Origin: Candidatus Micrarchaeota archaeon | GTDB lineage: Archaea; Micrarchaeota; Micrarchaeia; Anstonellales; Bilamarchaeaceae | Length of the DNA stretch: 24,301 nucleotides | Direction: 5' to 3' | Assembly: GCA_040753215.1 (NCBI GenBank) | Contig: JBFMEZ010000014.1 | Location: 1-24,301 of the forward strand | Shown here: positions 1 through 8,877 of the stretch, piece by piece | Numbering within the stretch: position 1 is the first letter of the stretch | Layout: the number at the start of each line of letters is the position of its first letter | Notes under the pieces: model-generated | Told to the model about the DNA's origin: nothing | The model's input: the letters and a program-made list of their open reading frames with translations, nothing else | Database searches by the model: none | Translations under genes and position numbers: made by a program

Positions 1-1
1 T

Positions 2-117
2 CTCCAAGTCTTGCATGGTCTTCAGGTCTTGTGTGACTTTCAGGACCCTCAGGACAACCCAAGACTTCACGCCGTGGAGGTTCACCAGACTCCAGGACCT
101 CCAAGACCTGGAGACCA
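2..117. repeat. Degenerate ~9-nt tandem repeat tract containing a 16-bp inverted repeat
   Basis: Recurring units such as ctccaagtc, ttcaggtct, ttcaggacc, ctcaggaca, tccaggacc, tccaagacc. 16-31 (tggtcttcaggtcttg) is the reverse complement of 102-117 (caagacctggagacca) with one mismatch (G-U on the + strand). Truncated by the window edge. Confidence 0.5.
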
Positions 118-290
118 CAGAGATTATGCCGCATTCGTAATTTGCAACAGGCTCGCTCTTGTTGTCCTGCCCCGCATTACAGGCTTACACACTCCACCAC
201 AAAACCCTTATAAACGTTGTGAAACCAATCCCGCCATGGGAGGCGGCCAGGTCCCCGGAAGAGGGCGGAAGGGCTCAGAGGAATGAATGC

Positions 291-1205
291 ATGGGTTTCC
301 GGGAGAATGCGGCAAGGAAACTGGTTGCGGCTGCGGAAAGGGCATGCCCGCCTCCGCCTCGCCTTGTCTGCCTCCAGGGCGGGGCGGCGCACGGGCAGGC
401 CGCGAATCCGCCCAAAAAACAGGAACCGCTTGTTTCCCCGCGCGCGGGAAAGGAAACTCCCACCGGCATCTTCTCTATGGTGCTTGCCGAATACAGGAGG
501 AACGGCCTCGCGCTGCATGACCTTTTCAGGGATTATATGGGGCGGGGAACCGAGGAGCACGCGCGCACGATAGCCCTGCGGGCAGGAATTTTCACGGACC
601 CGCTCCTGCAGGCAAACTTCTCGATAAGCATGATGGTAGTCTATGAGTATACTAGGGATGCTGGATGCGCCGCAGCGGCCGCGGATGCCATGTTCCACCT
701 GCACAGGGAAAGCCCTTGCGGGGCAGGCATGGCCCTGTCCGCATCGCTGCTTGCGAGAATCGTCTCAGACCTTACGGTGGAGAAGGACCCGAAAAATATC
801 TCGTATTCCGTCGGCATCCTTCTCGGCGTTCTGGGCCACCCCGCAATCATGGACAGGCTGCATCCCACCATGATGGCCCTTTCCAGGGTTTCATCCAGGG
901 CCGACGGCGCGACGGATTTCTGCGTTGCCGTGGAGGCGCTGGGCGCGCTTGCCGCCCGCAGCCCCTGCTGCATCGGCGAGTTCCTGTCCTTCCTGACCGA
1001 GGCCGGCAGGATGGACAATGAGAAAAGGGCCGCCGAGGTCATTGCGGATGCGGCCCTTGCGGCCTTCCTCGCACACAGGTTCTACACCGATTATGTGCAC
1101 GAGCTGTCCGCCGCAATCTGCGCAAGGGACGCGGCAACTGTTTCCAGGATAGCGGATGACGTCGTTGTCCTGGCCGTTTCCGAAGGGCTGCAGCCGCAGG
1201 ATTAG
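291..1205 (+). CDS. Hypothetical alpha-helical protein (~304 aa), Pro/Lys-rich N-terminus
   Basis: Long ORF 159..1205; ATG at 291 (MGFRENAARK) preferred; TATA-like TTATAAA near 208-214; Ala/Leu-rich helical composition; no family motif recognised. Confidence 0.65.
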   Translation: MGFRENAARKLVAAAERACPPPPRLVCLQGGAAHGQAANPPKKQEPLVSPRAGKETPTGIFSMVLAEYRRNGLALHDLFRDYMGRGTEEHARTIALRAGIFTDPLLQANFSISMMVVYEYTRDAGCAAAAADAMFHLHRESPCGAGMALSASLLARIVSDLTVEKDPKNISYSVGILLGVLGHPAIMDRLHPTMMALSRVSSRADGATDFCVAVEALGALAARSPCCIGEFLSFLTEAGRMDNEKRAAEVIADAALAAFLAHRFYTDYVHELSAAICARDAATVSRIADDVVVLAVSEGLQPQD

Positions 1206-1262
1206 CACCCACATTCCCCTATTTAATCATTTCTGCGCATATATGGGACATGGGTGGGAAAG

Positions 1263-1985
1263 ATGGAATCAGGCAGAACCGGGAGGATGTCCCTTCAGGA
1301 CATGCGTTCCGCAGTTTCCGCAGCACTCGCCGCGCCTCCCCGGAAACCGCTCCTGTCCGACCCTGAAACCATCATCGGCCGCCCAAACCCGAGGATATGG
1401 CTTGCCTGTGCGCTGGGCGCAACCATTGGCTCCAACCTTCTCGCGTGGCAGATTGCAAAGAACACCTGCTCGGTATTCAGGCCGCAGGATTCCGGCCGCT
1501 GCCCCGAAGAGCACGAAGTGCTTGCGCTGCGTCCTGCGATTAAGCTGGTCCTCTCCGCGCTCAGGAGTTCCCCGCAGGATGCGTTGCAGGTGTCGCGCGC
1601 GATTGCCGCGCTCTCCGGGTGCAGGAAGGACCATCTGGCACAATTCCTGGATTTCCTGGCCCCCGTCGCAGAGGCGAAGCCGGAGTTCGCATTCATGCTG
1701 ATGTGCAATTTTTCAGCAAACCCGCAGGACAGCCGCCTCCTCGGCCTGTACCACGAGGCAATTTCCCTCGCATTCGGGAAGGGCGGCGAAGATGCGGCCT
1801 CCACACTCTCCGCCGTTTTCAGCGAGGTGGGGCGCTTTTCCGAGACCGCGAGGATGTTCCTTGAGAGCTACCTGTTCTCGGTCAGGAGCATGGGAATGGC
1901 CGATGTGGAAGGCTTCACGCAGCAGTTCTGCGGGGACTGGAAGAAGGCCCTGAAATCGGAAGCATTCACCAAAAATCCGGACTAG
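1263..1985 (+). CDS. Hypothetical alpha-helical protein (~240 aa)
   Basis: ORF 1254..1985 fills the gap between neighbours; ATG at 1263 follows purine-rich ggtggga; no motif recognised; start uncertain. Confidence 0.65.
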   Translation: MESGRTGRMSLQDMRSAVSAALAAPPRKPLLSDPETIIGRPNPRIWLACALGATIGSNLLAWQIAKNTCSVFRPQDSGRCPEEHEVLALRPAIKLVLSALRSSPQDALQVSRAIAALSGCRKDHLAQFLDFLAPVAEAKPEFAFMLMCNFSANPQDSRLLGLYHEAISLAFGKGGEDAASTLSAVFSEVGRFSETARMFLESYLFSVRSMGMADVEGFTQQFCGDWKKALKSEAFTKNPD

Positions 1986-2021
1986 CAAAATAAATTTAAC
2001 CTTTCCTCACGATACCAGCGC

Positions 2022-2708
2022 ATGGCGCTTGTGCCCTTCGCAGTAAAATCCGCGCAGATGCACGGGCAGTTCTGCACCCTCACCGCCACTCCCGAAAAGA
2101 GATTCTTGTTCAGCGCAGGCCAGTTCGCGAAGGTCTATCTCGCCCCCTCGGATCCGGCTTTCGTGGTGCTCTCCTTCTATTCCGCGGAAGGGGATAAGGA
2201 CGTGCAGTTCCTCTTCCATCCGCACGAGGGCGGGATAAAAGGCGCGCTCTCCGGGATGAAGCCCGGCGAGAAAATATATGTGGACGGGCCATACGGAGTT
2301 TTCAAGCTGCGCAATTCCAGGTCCCCAAAGGTGTTTTTCTCCAAGAAGATGGGCATCGTTCCCGTGTGCTCAATGGTCCGCACCCTCCTTTCAAAAAAAT
2401 CCCGCCCAAAAATCTGCATTTTTTCCGAGAATTCGGGAAGGGACGAGATTCCGGACGAGGGGGAGCTCAGGAAATGCGCAAGGGAGAAAGGGGTTTTTCT
2501 GCTCATCACGCTCCTCAACCAGAAGCCGCTCAACTGGGGCGGGGAGACGGGCGAATTTTCCGCAGAGGATATCACGGGGAACGTCAGGGATTATGGAGAG
2601 GCGCAATTCTATCTCTGCGGCCCGGTGCCTTTTGTGAACCGCATGCGCGCCATCCTGCATGATTTGCGCGTCCAGGAGAGGAACATATTCTTCGAGCAGT
2701 GGGGATGA
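2022..2708 (+). CDS. Ferredoxin-NADP+ reductase-like FAD/NAD(P)-binding protein, degenerate motifs
   Basis: FSAGQF, VDGPYG, MGIVP, FYLCGP, C-terminal FEQWG; the RxYS motif and the AGGxG loop are not conserved; TTTAA at 1995-1999. Confidence 0.8.
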   Translation: MALVPFAVKSAQMHGQFCTLTATPEKRFLFSAGQFAKVYLAPSDPAFVVLSFYSAEGDKDVQFLFHPHEGGIKGALSGMKPGEKIYVDGPYGVFKLRNSRSPKVFFSKKMGIVPVCSMVRTLLSKKSRPKICIFSENSGRDEIPDEGELRKCAREKGVFLLITLLNQKPLNWGGETGEFSAEDITGNVRDYGEAQFYLCGPVPFVNRMRAILHDLRVQERNIFFEQWG

Positions 2709-2709
2709 A

Positions 2710-3399
2710 ATGAAGGGATTTGTCCTTGTAAAAAAAGAGGAGATAGGGGAAAGCATACTGCGCCTGGAGCTTGCGCCAAAGGATGGAACCCCCCTTTCAT
2801 ACAAGCCCGGCCAGTTCATAAACCTTGGGCTGGAGAGGGGAGGCACGCTTGTGAAGCGCCCCTACTCAATCGCCTCTTCCCCGGGCTACAAAAACCTTGA
2901 ATTGTGCATAAAGATAGTGGGAGGGGAATTCACCTCCCTTCTCCAGTACGTGGAGGAGGGTACGGAATTCACGGTCGATGGGCCGTTCGGGCCTGCGTTC
3001 TACGACGAGAAGAAGGATTTCGTGCTCGTTGCGGGAGGGGTTGGAATCGTGCCGATGATGAGCATCCTCCGCTACCGCGCGAAAAGGAAGGGCGGGAACG
3101 CAATCCTCTTCTACTCAGCCCGCTCCCTTCCGCAGATGCCTTATTTTGAAGAGCTGCAGGCGCTTTCCAAAACCCCCGGAATAAAGGCCTTCTTTGCGCT
3201 CACGCGCGAAATCTGCGAGGGCTGGAAATACCACTGCGGGAGGTTCGGGGAGGAGGATTTCCGCAAAAGCATACCCTACCCGCAAAAATTCAATTATTTC
3301 GTGTGCGGTAAGAATGAGATGGTGGAAGAGGTGAAGAAAACCCTGCTCCTGCTCGGGGCCAAGCCGGAGAATTCGCATTTTGAGGGCTGGGGCGTCTGA
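2710..3399 (+). CDS. FAD-dependent oxidoreductase, ferredoxin-NADP+ reductase (FNR) superfamily
   Basis: YKPGQF, RPYSIAS, GEFTS, DGPFG, VAGGVGIVP, FYSAR, FVCG, FEGWG; ATG 1 nt after the upstream stop. Confidence 0.9.
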   Translation: MKGFVLVKKEEIGESILRLELAPKDGTPLSYKPGQFINLGLERGGTLVKRPYSIASSPGYKNLELCIKIVGGEFTSLLQYVEEGTEFTVDGPFGPAFYDEKKDFVLVAGGVGIVPMMSILRYRAKRKGGNAILFYSARSLPQMPYFEELQALSKTPGIKAFFALTREICEGWKYHCGRFGEEDFRKSIPYPQKFNYFVCGKNEMVEEVKKTLLLLGAKPENSHFEGWGV

Positions 3400-3428
3400 G
3401 TTCCCGGTTTCGGGCCGTGCAGCCAATC

Positions 3429-3436
3429 TTTATAAA
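3429..3436 (+). promoter_or_regulatory. Archaeal TATA box of ppsA
   Basis: TTTATAAA 32 nt upstream of the ATG at 3469; SD-like aggtgg at 3459-3464. Confidence 0.6.
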
Positions 3437-3468
3437 GATAATCTCCAAATTCCACGCAAGGTGGCTTA

Positions 3469-5895
3469 ATGGAAGATGTTTTATGGTTCGAACAGCTGGA
3501 CAAAGGCAGCCTCAGGGAGGCGGGAGGGAAGGGCGCGAACCTCGGCGAGATGATAAAGCACGGGTTTCCGGTCCCCCCCGGCTTCGTGACCACCAGCGGC
3601 GCCTACTTCAAGCACCTCGATTACAACAACCTCCGCGAAAAGATGGAGGGGATACTCGCCTCCCTTGATGTGAACGATACCCCCGCGCTGGACCGTGCTG
3701 CGAAACAGGTCCAGGAGCTCGTAACAAACGGGGAGATGCCCCCCGAAGTGGAGAAGGCGATACGCAGGAATTACAAGAAGCTCTGCGACATGCGCGGCGA
3801 GACTGTGTATGTCGCGGTGAGGAGCTCCGCGACCGCGGAGGACCTGCCCACCGCATCCTTCGCAGGGCAGCAGTCCACCTTCCTTAACGTGCACGGCGAG
3901 GACGAGGTGGCGAAGGCGGTCAAGGACTGCTGGGCCTCGCTTTTCACTCCCCGCGCCATCTTCTACCGGGTGCAGAACAAGTTCGACCACATGAAGGTCG
4001 GGCTGGCCGCGGTCGTGCAGGAGATGGTGCAGAGCGAGAAGGCGGGCGTGATGTTCACGGTGGACCCGATTTCCGAAGACCCGGACGTGATAATGATTGA
4101 GGCGGCCTACGGGCTCGGGGAGGTGGTTGTTTCCGGCTCTGTGACCCCCGACACGTACCGCGTCAACAAGAAGGGCATGAGGATACTCACAAAGGACATC
4201 GCGAGGCAGACGTGGATGATGATAAAGCACGGCGAGAAGAACGTGAAGGCGGAGATAAAGGATGAGGCGCAGGAGAAGCAGAAGATGGACGATGCGCACA
4301 TAGTGGAGCTTGCAAAAATAGGCAAAAGGATAGAGGAACACTACAAATTCCCGCAGGACATAGAGTGGGCGATGCAGAAGGGCGAGCTGTACATCGTCCA
4401 GTCCCGCCCGATAACCACCCTCAGGGCGGGAAAGGCCGGCGAGAAAAAGCCCGCGGAAATAACCCCAATCCACGAAGGCGTTTCTGCTCCGGAATACGCC
4501 CCTGCCCCTCCGGAGGCGGGCGCTGCCGTTTCAGTCTCCCAGGCGAGCATACTCCTGAAGGGCCTGGGCGCCTCGCCCGGGTTCGCAGTCGGGAAGGTGG
4601 ACATAATACCGACCGCAGAGGACATAGGGAGGATGGAGGAGCGGGCGGTACTGGTCACGGACATGACTACCCCCGATTTCGTCCCGGCAATGAAGAAGGC
4701 CGTCGCAATCGTAACCAACACCGGCGGCATGACCTCCCACGCTGCGATAGTCTCCCGCGAGCTCGGGATTCCGTGCATAGTAGGCACAAAGAATGCGACC
4801 GAGCTGCTGAAGGGCGGCCAGATCGTTACCGTTGACGGGACGCACGGGATGATTTACGAAGGGAAGGTCGAGCTGGAGAGGCCGGTGGAAAAGCCGGCGG
4901 CCGCGGCAGCGGCTGCAGCCGCGGAGTTTGCGCCGATATGCGGCACCAAGATATACATGAATATCGCGGACCCCGATGCGGCGGAAAGGTATGCGTCCCT
5001 GCCCGCGGATGGCGTAGGCCTCCTCCGTGCGGAATTCATGATTGCGGAGATAGGGGAGCACCCGAAGAAGATGATGGCGGAGGGGAGGGGCCAGGAATAC
5101 GTGGACAAGCTGGCGGAAGGGATAAGGAGGATTGCGGCGGCGTTCTACCCCCGCCCCGTCGTTTACCGCGCAACGGATTTCAAGACCAACGAATACAAGA
5201 ACCTGAAGGGAGGGGAGGAGTTCGAGCCGGCGGAGGCAAACCCGATGATGGGCTACCGCGGCGCCTCGCGCTACATCGCCGAGCCCGATGTGTTCCGGAT
5301 GGAGCTGAAGGCTCTGCAGAAGGTGCGGGACGAGCTTGGGATGAAGAACGTGTGGCTGATGATTCCCTTTGTGCGCCGCATAGGGGAGCTGCGCGCAATC
5401 AAGGACATAATGGCCTCCATAGGGTTCTACCGCACGAGGGATTTCCGCCTCTGGATAATGGTGGAGGTGCCCTCCACCGTATTCCTGATTGAGGACTTCT
5501 GCAAGGAGGGGATAGACGGGATTTCAATCGGCTCCAACGACCTCACCCAGCTCGTCCTGGGGATAGACCGGGACAACGAAACGCTCGCGGGGGCATTTGA
5601 CGAGAGGAACGAGGCAGTCCTGAACGCTGTGAAGCAGGTCGTGGAAACCACCGCGAAATACGGGGTGACGTCGTCCCTGTGCGGCCAGGCGCCCTCGGTT
5701 TATCCCGAGTTTGCAGAGCGCCTCGTAGAGTTCGGAATCACGTCCATGTCAGTCAACCCCGATGCGATAATCCGCACCAGGAAGATAGTCGCCTCTGCGG
5801 AGCAGAAGATAATGCTGAAGAGGCTCAAGGCCATCTCGAACGGGAAGGAGGAGCACGCGAAGCCGCGCGAGGATTCCCGCTCGTGGCAAATCTAA
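3469..5895 (+). CDS. ppsA: Phosphoenolpyruvate synthase (pyruvate, water dikinase)
   Basis: GGKGANLGE, VAVRSSATAEDLPTASFAGQQ, QDIEWA, IVQSRPIT, phospho-His motif GGMTSHAAIVSRELG, EANPMMGYRG, SIGSNDLTQ, CGQAPS. Confidence 0.97.
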   Translation: MEDVLWFEQLDKGSLREAGGKGANLGEMIKHGFPVPPGFVTTSGAYFKHLDYNNLREKMEGILASLDVNDTPALDRAAKQVQELVTNGEMPPEVEKAIRRNYKKLCDMRGETVYVAVRSSATAEDLPTASFAGQQSTFLNVHGEDEVAKAVKDCWASLFTPRAIFYRVQNKFDHMKVGLAAVVQEMVQSEKAGVMFTVDPISEDPDVIMIEAAYGLGEVVVSGSVTPDTYRVNKKGMRILTKDIARQTWMMIKHGEKNVKAEIKDEAQEKQKMDDAHIVELAKIGKRIEEHYKFPQDIEWAMQKGELYIVQSRPITTLRAGKAGEKKPAEITPIHEGVSAPEYAPAPPEAGAAVSVSQASILLKGLGASPGFAVGKVDIIPTAEDIGRMEERAVLVTDMTTPDFVPAMKKAVAIVTNTGGMTSHAAIVSRELGIPCIVGTKNATELLKGGQIVTVDGTHGMIYEGKVELERPVEKPAAAAAAAAAEFAPICGTKIYMNIADPDAAERYASLPADGVGLLRAEFMIAEIGEHPKKMMAEGRGQEYVDKLAEGIRRIAAAFYPRPVVYRATDFKTNEYKNLKGGEEFEPAEANPMMGYRGASRYIAEPDVFRMELKALQKVRDELGMKNVWLMIPFVRRIGELRAIKDIMASIGFYRTRDFRLWIMVEVPSTVFLIEDFCKEGIDGISIGSNDLTQLVLGIDRDNETLAGAFDERNEAVLNAVKQVVETTAKYGVTSSLCGQAPSVYPEFAERLVEFGITSMSVNPDAIIRTRKIVASAEQKIMLKRLKAISNGKEEHAKPREDSRSWQI

Positions 5896-5900
5896 ATTTT

Positions 5901-5928
5901 CCGGTTGCCAGTTTCCAGCTTCCAGCAG
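5901..5928. repeat. Imperfect 7-nt tandem repeat just after the ppsA stop
   Basis: ccggttg ccagttt ccagctt ccagcag. Confidence 0.55.
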
Positions 5929-5960
5929 TTTCTTTATTCCTTTCCATGCAATTTATACTC

Positions 5961-6860
5961 ATGAAAATGCTCCTTCAGTTCCCGGAAGGCCTCAAGCAGA
6001 AGGCGTTTGGGGAGGCGGACCGGCTGCGGAAAGAAGGCCATCAGGTTTACCTTTCCGCCTCCCCATGCTACGGGGCATGCGACGTTGCACTGGATGAGGC
6101 AAGAGCCCTTAAGGCAGATAAAATAATCCATTACGGGCATTCCGAATACCTAAAGGAGAAGCCGGGCATTCCCGTTGAATATGTGGAGTGGAAGGTGGAC
6201 ATTCCGCTCCAGAACCTTCCTGCACTGCTCCCGCACCTCAGGGGAATAAGCAAGCTCGCCCTGGCCACTACGGTGCAGCACGTGCACCAGCTTCCGGAGA
6301 TAAGTAAATTCCTGGAAAAGAATGGCATCCGCGTACTAATCGGGAAGGGCTGCTTCGCGAAATACGAAGGCCAGGTACTTGGCTGCGACCCCCTCGCCGC
6401 GCTTTCAGTCGCAAAAGAGGCGGATTGCATACTCTTCGTAGGCACCGGAAAATTCCATCCAACCTCCATTCTCCCGGCGAAACCCGTCTATTCCTTTGAC
6501 CCGTTCTCGAAATCCTTTGCAGACCTGGGCCCGGAAATAGAAAAAACACGTAAAAGGAAGAAAGGCGCCCTTGCAGGAGCCCTTGGCTCAAAAACGTTCG
6601 GAATACTCATAAGCACCAAGCCAGGCCAGTTCTGCCCGGGGGTCGCGGAATGGGCAAAGAAAGAGCTTGAGGAGAGGGGAAGGAAAGCATACATCCTGGT
6701 TTCCGGGGAACTTAATCCCCTCTCCCTTGAAAACTTCCGGAAAATAGAATGCTACATAAATACGGCATGCCCGCGCCTGTCCGAAGACACGGAAATGTTC
6801 GGCAAGCCCATCCTTAACGCGGTGGACCTGAAGGAGCTATTTGAGCTTCTGGGCGGGTAA
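5961..6860 (+). CDS. dph2: 2-(3-amino-3-carboxypropyl)histidine synthase (diphthamide biosynthesis Dph2)
   Basis: LLQFPEGLK, three Fe-S cysteines in YGACD, GQVLGC and TACPRL, HYGH, STKPGQ; ATG at 5961 lies 22 nt after TTTATT. Confidence 0.95.
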   Translation: MKMLLQFPEGLKQKAFGEADRLRKEGHQVYLSASPCYGACDVALDEARALKADKIIHYGHSEYLKEKPGIPVEYVEWKVDIPLQNLPALLPHLRGISKLALATTVQHVHQLPEISKFLEKNGIRVLIGKGCFAKYEGQVLGCDPLAALSVAKEADCILFVGTGKFHPTSILPAKPVYSFDPFSKSFADLGPEIEKTRKRKKGALAGALGSKTFGILISTKPGQFCPGVAEWAKKELEERGRKAYILVSGELNPLSLENFRKIECYINTACPRLSEDTEMFGKPILNAVDLKELFELLGG

Positions 6861-7676
6861 CCTCGGCTGGGTGGTCCCTGCCACATGCGGCGCGCTGAAC
6901 CTTGCCCCCAGCAGCTCATCAACGATGCTTTCGAATAACGGCCTGCCCCGGGTTGCCAGCATCCTTTTCCTTACTTCCAGCTCCTTCATCATCCTCCCAT
7001 CCCTGTCAAGCCAGGGGTTTTCCTGAAGGGCCCTTTCCAGAACGCCCACAATCTTTTCCACGAGCTTCTCTTCCCCGCTGTGCAGCGCAGCCAGGTAAAA
7101 CCCGACGGCGAATGGCTGGGTCATCCCCATCTCGCAATATGCCTCTGCCACCGGAGCCACATCAGGGGAGAGCGTTCTTATGAATGCTTCGTTAATCAGC
7201 TTCACCCTCGCCTCGCTGTGCCCGAGCCTTGCCAGCGCGGCCACCGCTTTTGCGCAGACCACAGCATCATCCTTCAACGCCTCTATTATTGCCGCCTCGG
7301 CCTGCGCCTGCCTTCCGGCATCCAGGGGAATCCGGCTTTCCCTTCTCCATTTGATATTCTCTCCAAGCGCCTGCGCGCACATGGCCCTCCTGAACACCGT
7401 ATCCTCCGGGCCGCCCGCGCCGCTTTCAAAGGTAAATGAATACGCAATGTTCCTGAGCAGGGCATCTATGCCCGCATCTTCCCTGGCATTCGACAGGCAC
7501 CTTGCCGCGACTCCCCGCACCCAGTCGTATTCGCCCGCATCATCCAGCACACCGGCTATGAAATCTTCTGCTTCCGGAGTGAGTGCGAAAGAGAGCTGCT
7601 CAAGGAGCCTTCCCTTCTTCTCGAAGTCCCCGCCCAGCCCTTCCCATCTGCCTCTTGTTTCTTCAAGAGTGGCCAT
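6837..7676 (-). CDS. HEAT-repeat-like hypothetical protein
   Basis: WVRGVAARCL, FRRAMCAQALG and VCAKAVAALARLG resemble HEAT/PBS repeats; TTTAAA at 7702-7707; 24-nt convergent overlap with dph2. Confidence 0.7.
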   Translation of the reverse strand: MATLEETRGRWEGLGGDFEKKGRLLEQLSFALTPEAEDFIAGVLDDAGEYDWVRGVAARCLSNAREDAGIDALLRNIAYSFTFESGAGGPEDTVFRRAMCAQALGENIKWRRESRIPLDAGRQAQAEAAIIEALKDDAVVCAKAVAALARLGHSEARVKLINEAFIRTLSPDVAPVAEAYCEMGMTQPFAVGFYLAALHSGEEKLVEKIVGVLERALQENPWLDRDGRMMKELEVRKRMLATRGRPLFESIVDELLGARFSAPHVAGTTQPRLPAQKLK

Positions 7677-7702
7677 ATAGGTATATTTTTGTCAAATTAT
7701 GT

Positions 7703-8827
7703 TTAAATATGTTCGCTTATCCGCCCCATGCTCTTTTTCACTATGCCATCCAGCCCGATAAGCCCGGCAAATCTCTCCACCTCCGCCATCTTCGCCTTCG
7801 TTACAGGGTTGGAAATGGCGACAAGCGAGCAGCAGTCCTTGTACGGCTTTATTGAAATCCCATAGGCCCCAACCCTTTCCGCCAGCCCTATTATCTCCTT
7901 CTTGTCCATCCCAATCAAAGGCCGGAACACCGGCACAGAAATCCCCCATTGCGCCGCGCCCATATTCTCCAGCGTCTGCGAGGCAACCTGCCCCAGGGAA
8001 TCCCCGCTCACAACTGCCCCATAACCCTTCTCCAGCGCAATCCTCTCGGCAAGCCTGTACAAATATCTCCTGAAAACGACGAGCTCATACCCCGGGGAGA
8101 GCTTTCCGGTTTCCGCATAGAAATCCGAATAGGGCACCGTGATAAGCTTTGCTTCTCCTTCGTACTCCTCCAGCTTCTTCTTCAGCTCCAGTATCTTCTT
8201 CCCCTTTTTCGCATCCCACTTCTCGAACGGATACACGTGCAGGAAATCAACCGTGCATCCCCTCTTCATCATCATCCAGGCAGCCACAGGCGAATCTATC
8301 CCGCCCGAAAGCAGGCACAAAACCCTCCCGGAACTCCCCACCGGCAATCCTCCCGGCCCCCTTATCTTCTCAAAATACACATACGCGTTCCGCGCAATTA
8401 TTATCCCGACCCGCACGTCCGGGTGCTCCAGGTCCACCCTGCACCCGAATTTCTTCACTATGCGCGCCCCAATCTCCGCGCTCACCTCCTGCGATTTCAT
8501 CGGGAAGGACTTATCCACCCTTTTCGTCTCAACCGCAATTTTCTTCCCCTTCAATTCCGCCTTCTGCACGGCTTTCCAGATGTCATCGATATCCTTCCTG
8601 CATTCGTATGCGAACGCAAACCATTCAATCCCGAAGACCTTAAGCAATGCCGGCCGGATTTCCTTTTCCTTCCCCTTCACCTCAAGAAATACGCGCGACT
8701 CCCGGAGTTCCGCAGCCTTCAGCCTGTTGCCCAGCGCCCTCCGTATATTGCGCACGAGGAGATTCTCAAAATTCCTCCTGTTCTTGCCCTTTATCCCTAT
8801 CTCCCCGTATTGCACAAGCACAAGCAT
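7703..8827 (-). CDS. thiI: tRNA 4-thiouridine(8) synthase ThiI (THUMP + PP-loop, no rhodanese domain)
   Basis: YGEIGIKGKNR, GPGGLPVG, PP-loop LSGGIDSPVA, GDSLGQVASQT, RPLIGMDK, PYKDCC. Confidence 0.95.
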   Translation of the reverse strand: MLVLVQYGEIGIKGKNRRNFENLLVRNIRRALGNRLKAAELRESRVFLEVKGKEKEIRPALLKVFGIEWFAFAYECRKDIDDIWKAVQKAELKGKKIAVETKRVDKSFPMKSQEVSAEIGARIVKKFGCRVDLEHPDVRVGIIIARNAYVYFEKIRGPGGLPVGSSGRVLCLLSGGIDSPVAAWMMMKRGCTVDFLHVYPFEKWDAKKGKKILELKKKLEEYEGEAKLITVPYSDFYAETGKLSPGYELVVFRRYLYRLAERIALEKGYGAVVSGDSLGQVASQTLENMGAAQWGISVPVFRPLIGMDKKEIIGLAERVGAYGISIKPYKDCCSLVAISNPVTKAKMAEVERFAGLIGLDGIVKKSMGRISEHI

Positions 8828-8849
8828 AATGGAAGAATGCGGACAAAGG

Positions 8850-8855
8850 TTTAAA
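8850..8855. promoter_or_regulatory. Palindromic TATA box centred between divergent thiI and deaminase genes
   Basis: TTTAAA with exactly 22 nt to each start codon (8827 on -, 8878 on +). Confidence 0.6.
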
Positions 8856-8877
8856 ATCCGCCGGCAGAAAGCCATGC

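Noticed and set aside
11..286. 91-aa ORF at the left edge
   Set aside because: Built from the 9-nt repeat tract and crosses a TATA-like region; no protein-like features, although a real upstream gene end cannot be excluded.
4897..4923. Poly-alanine run in PpsA as a slippage repeat or intein remnant
   Set aside because: Mixed Ala codons in an interdomain linker; no intein motifs; protein length is normal.
5679..5960. Long N-terminal extensions of dph2 (also thiI, albA, aIF5A, tatD, rps24e) in the ORF track
   Set aside because: They overlap neighbouring genes or promoters; conserved sequence begins at downstream ATGs.
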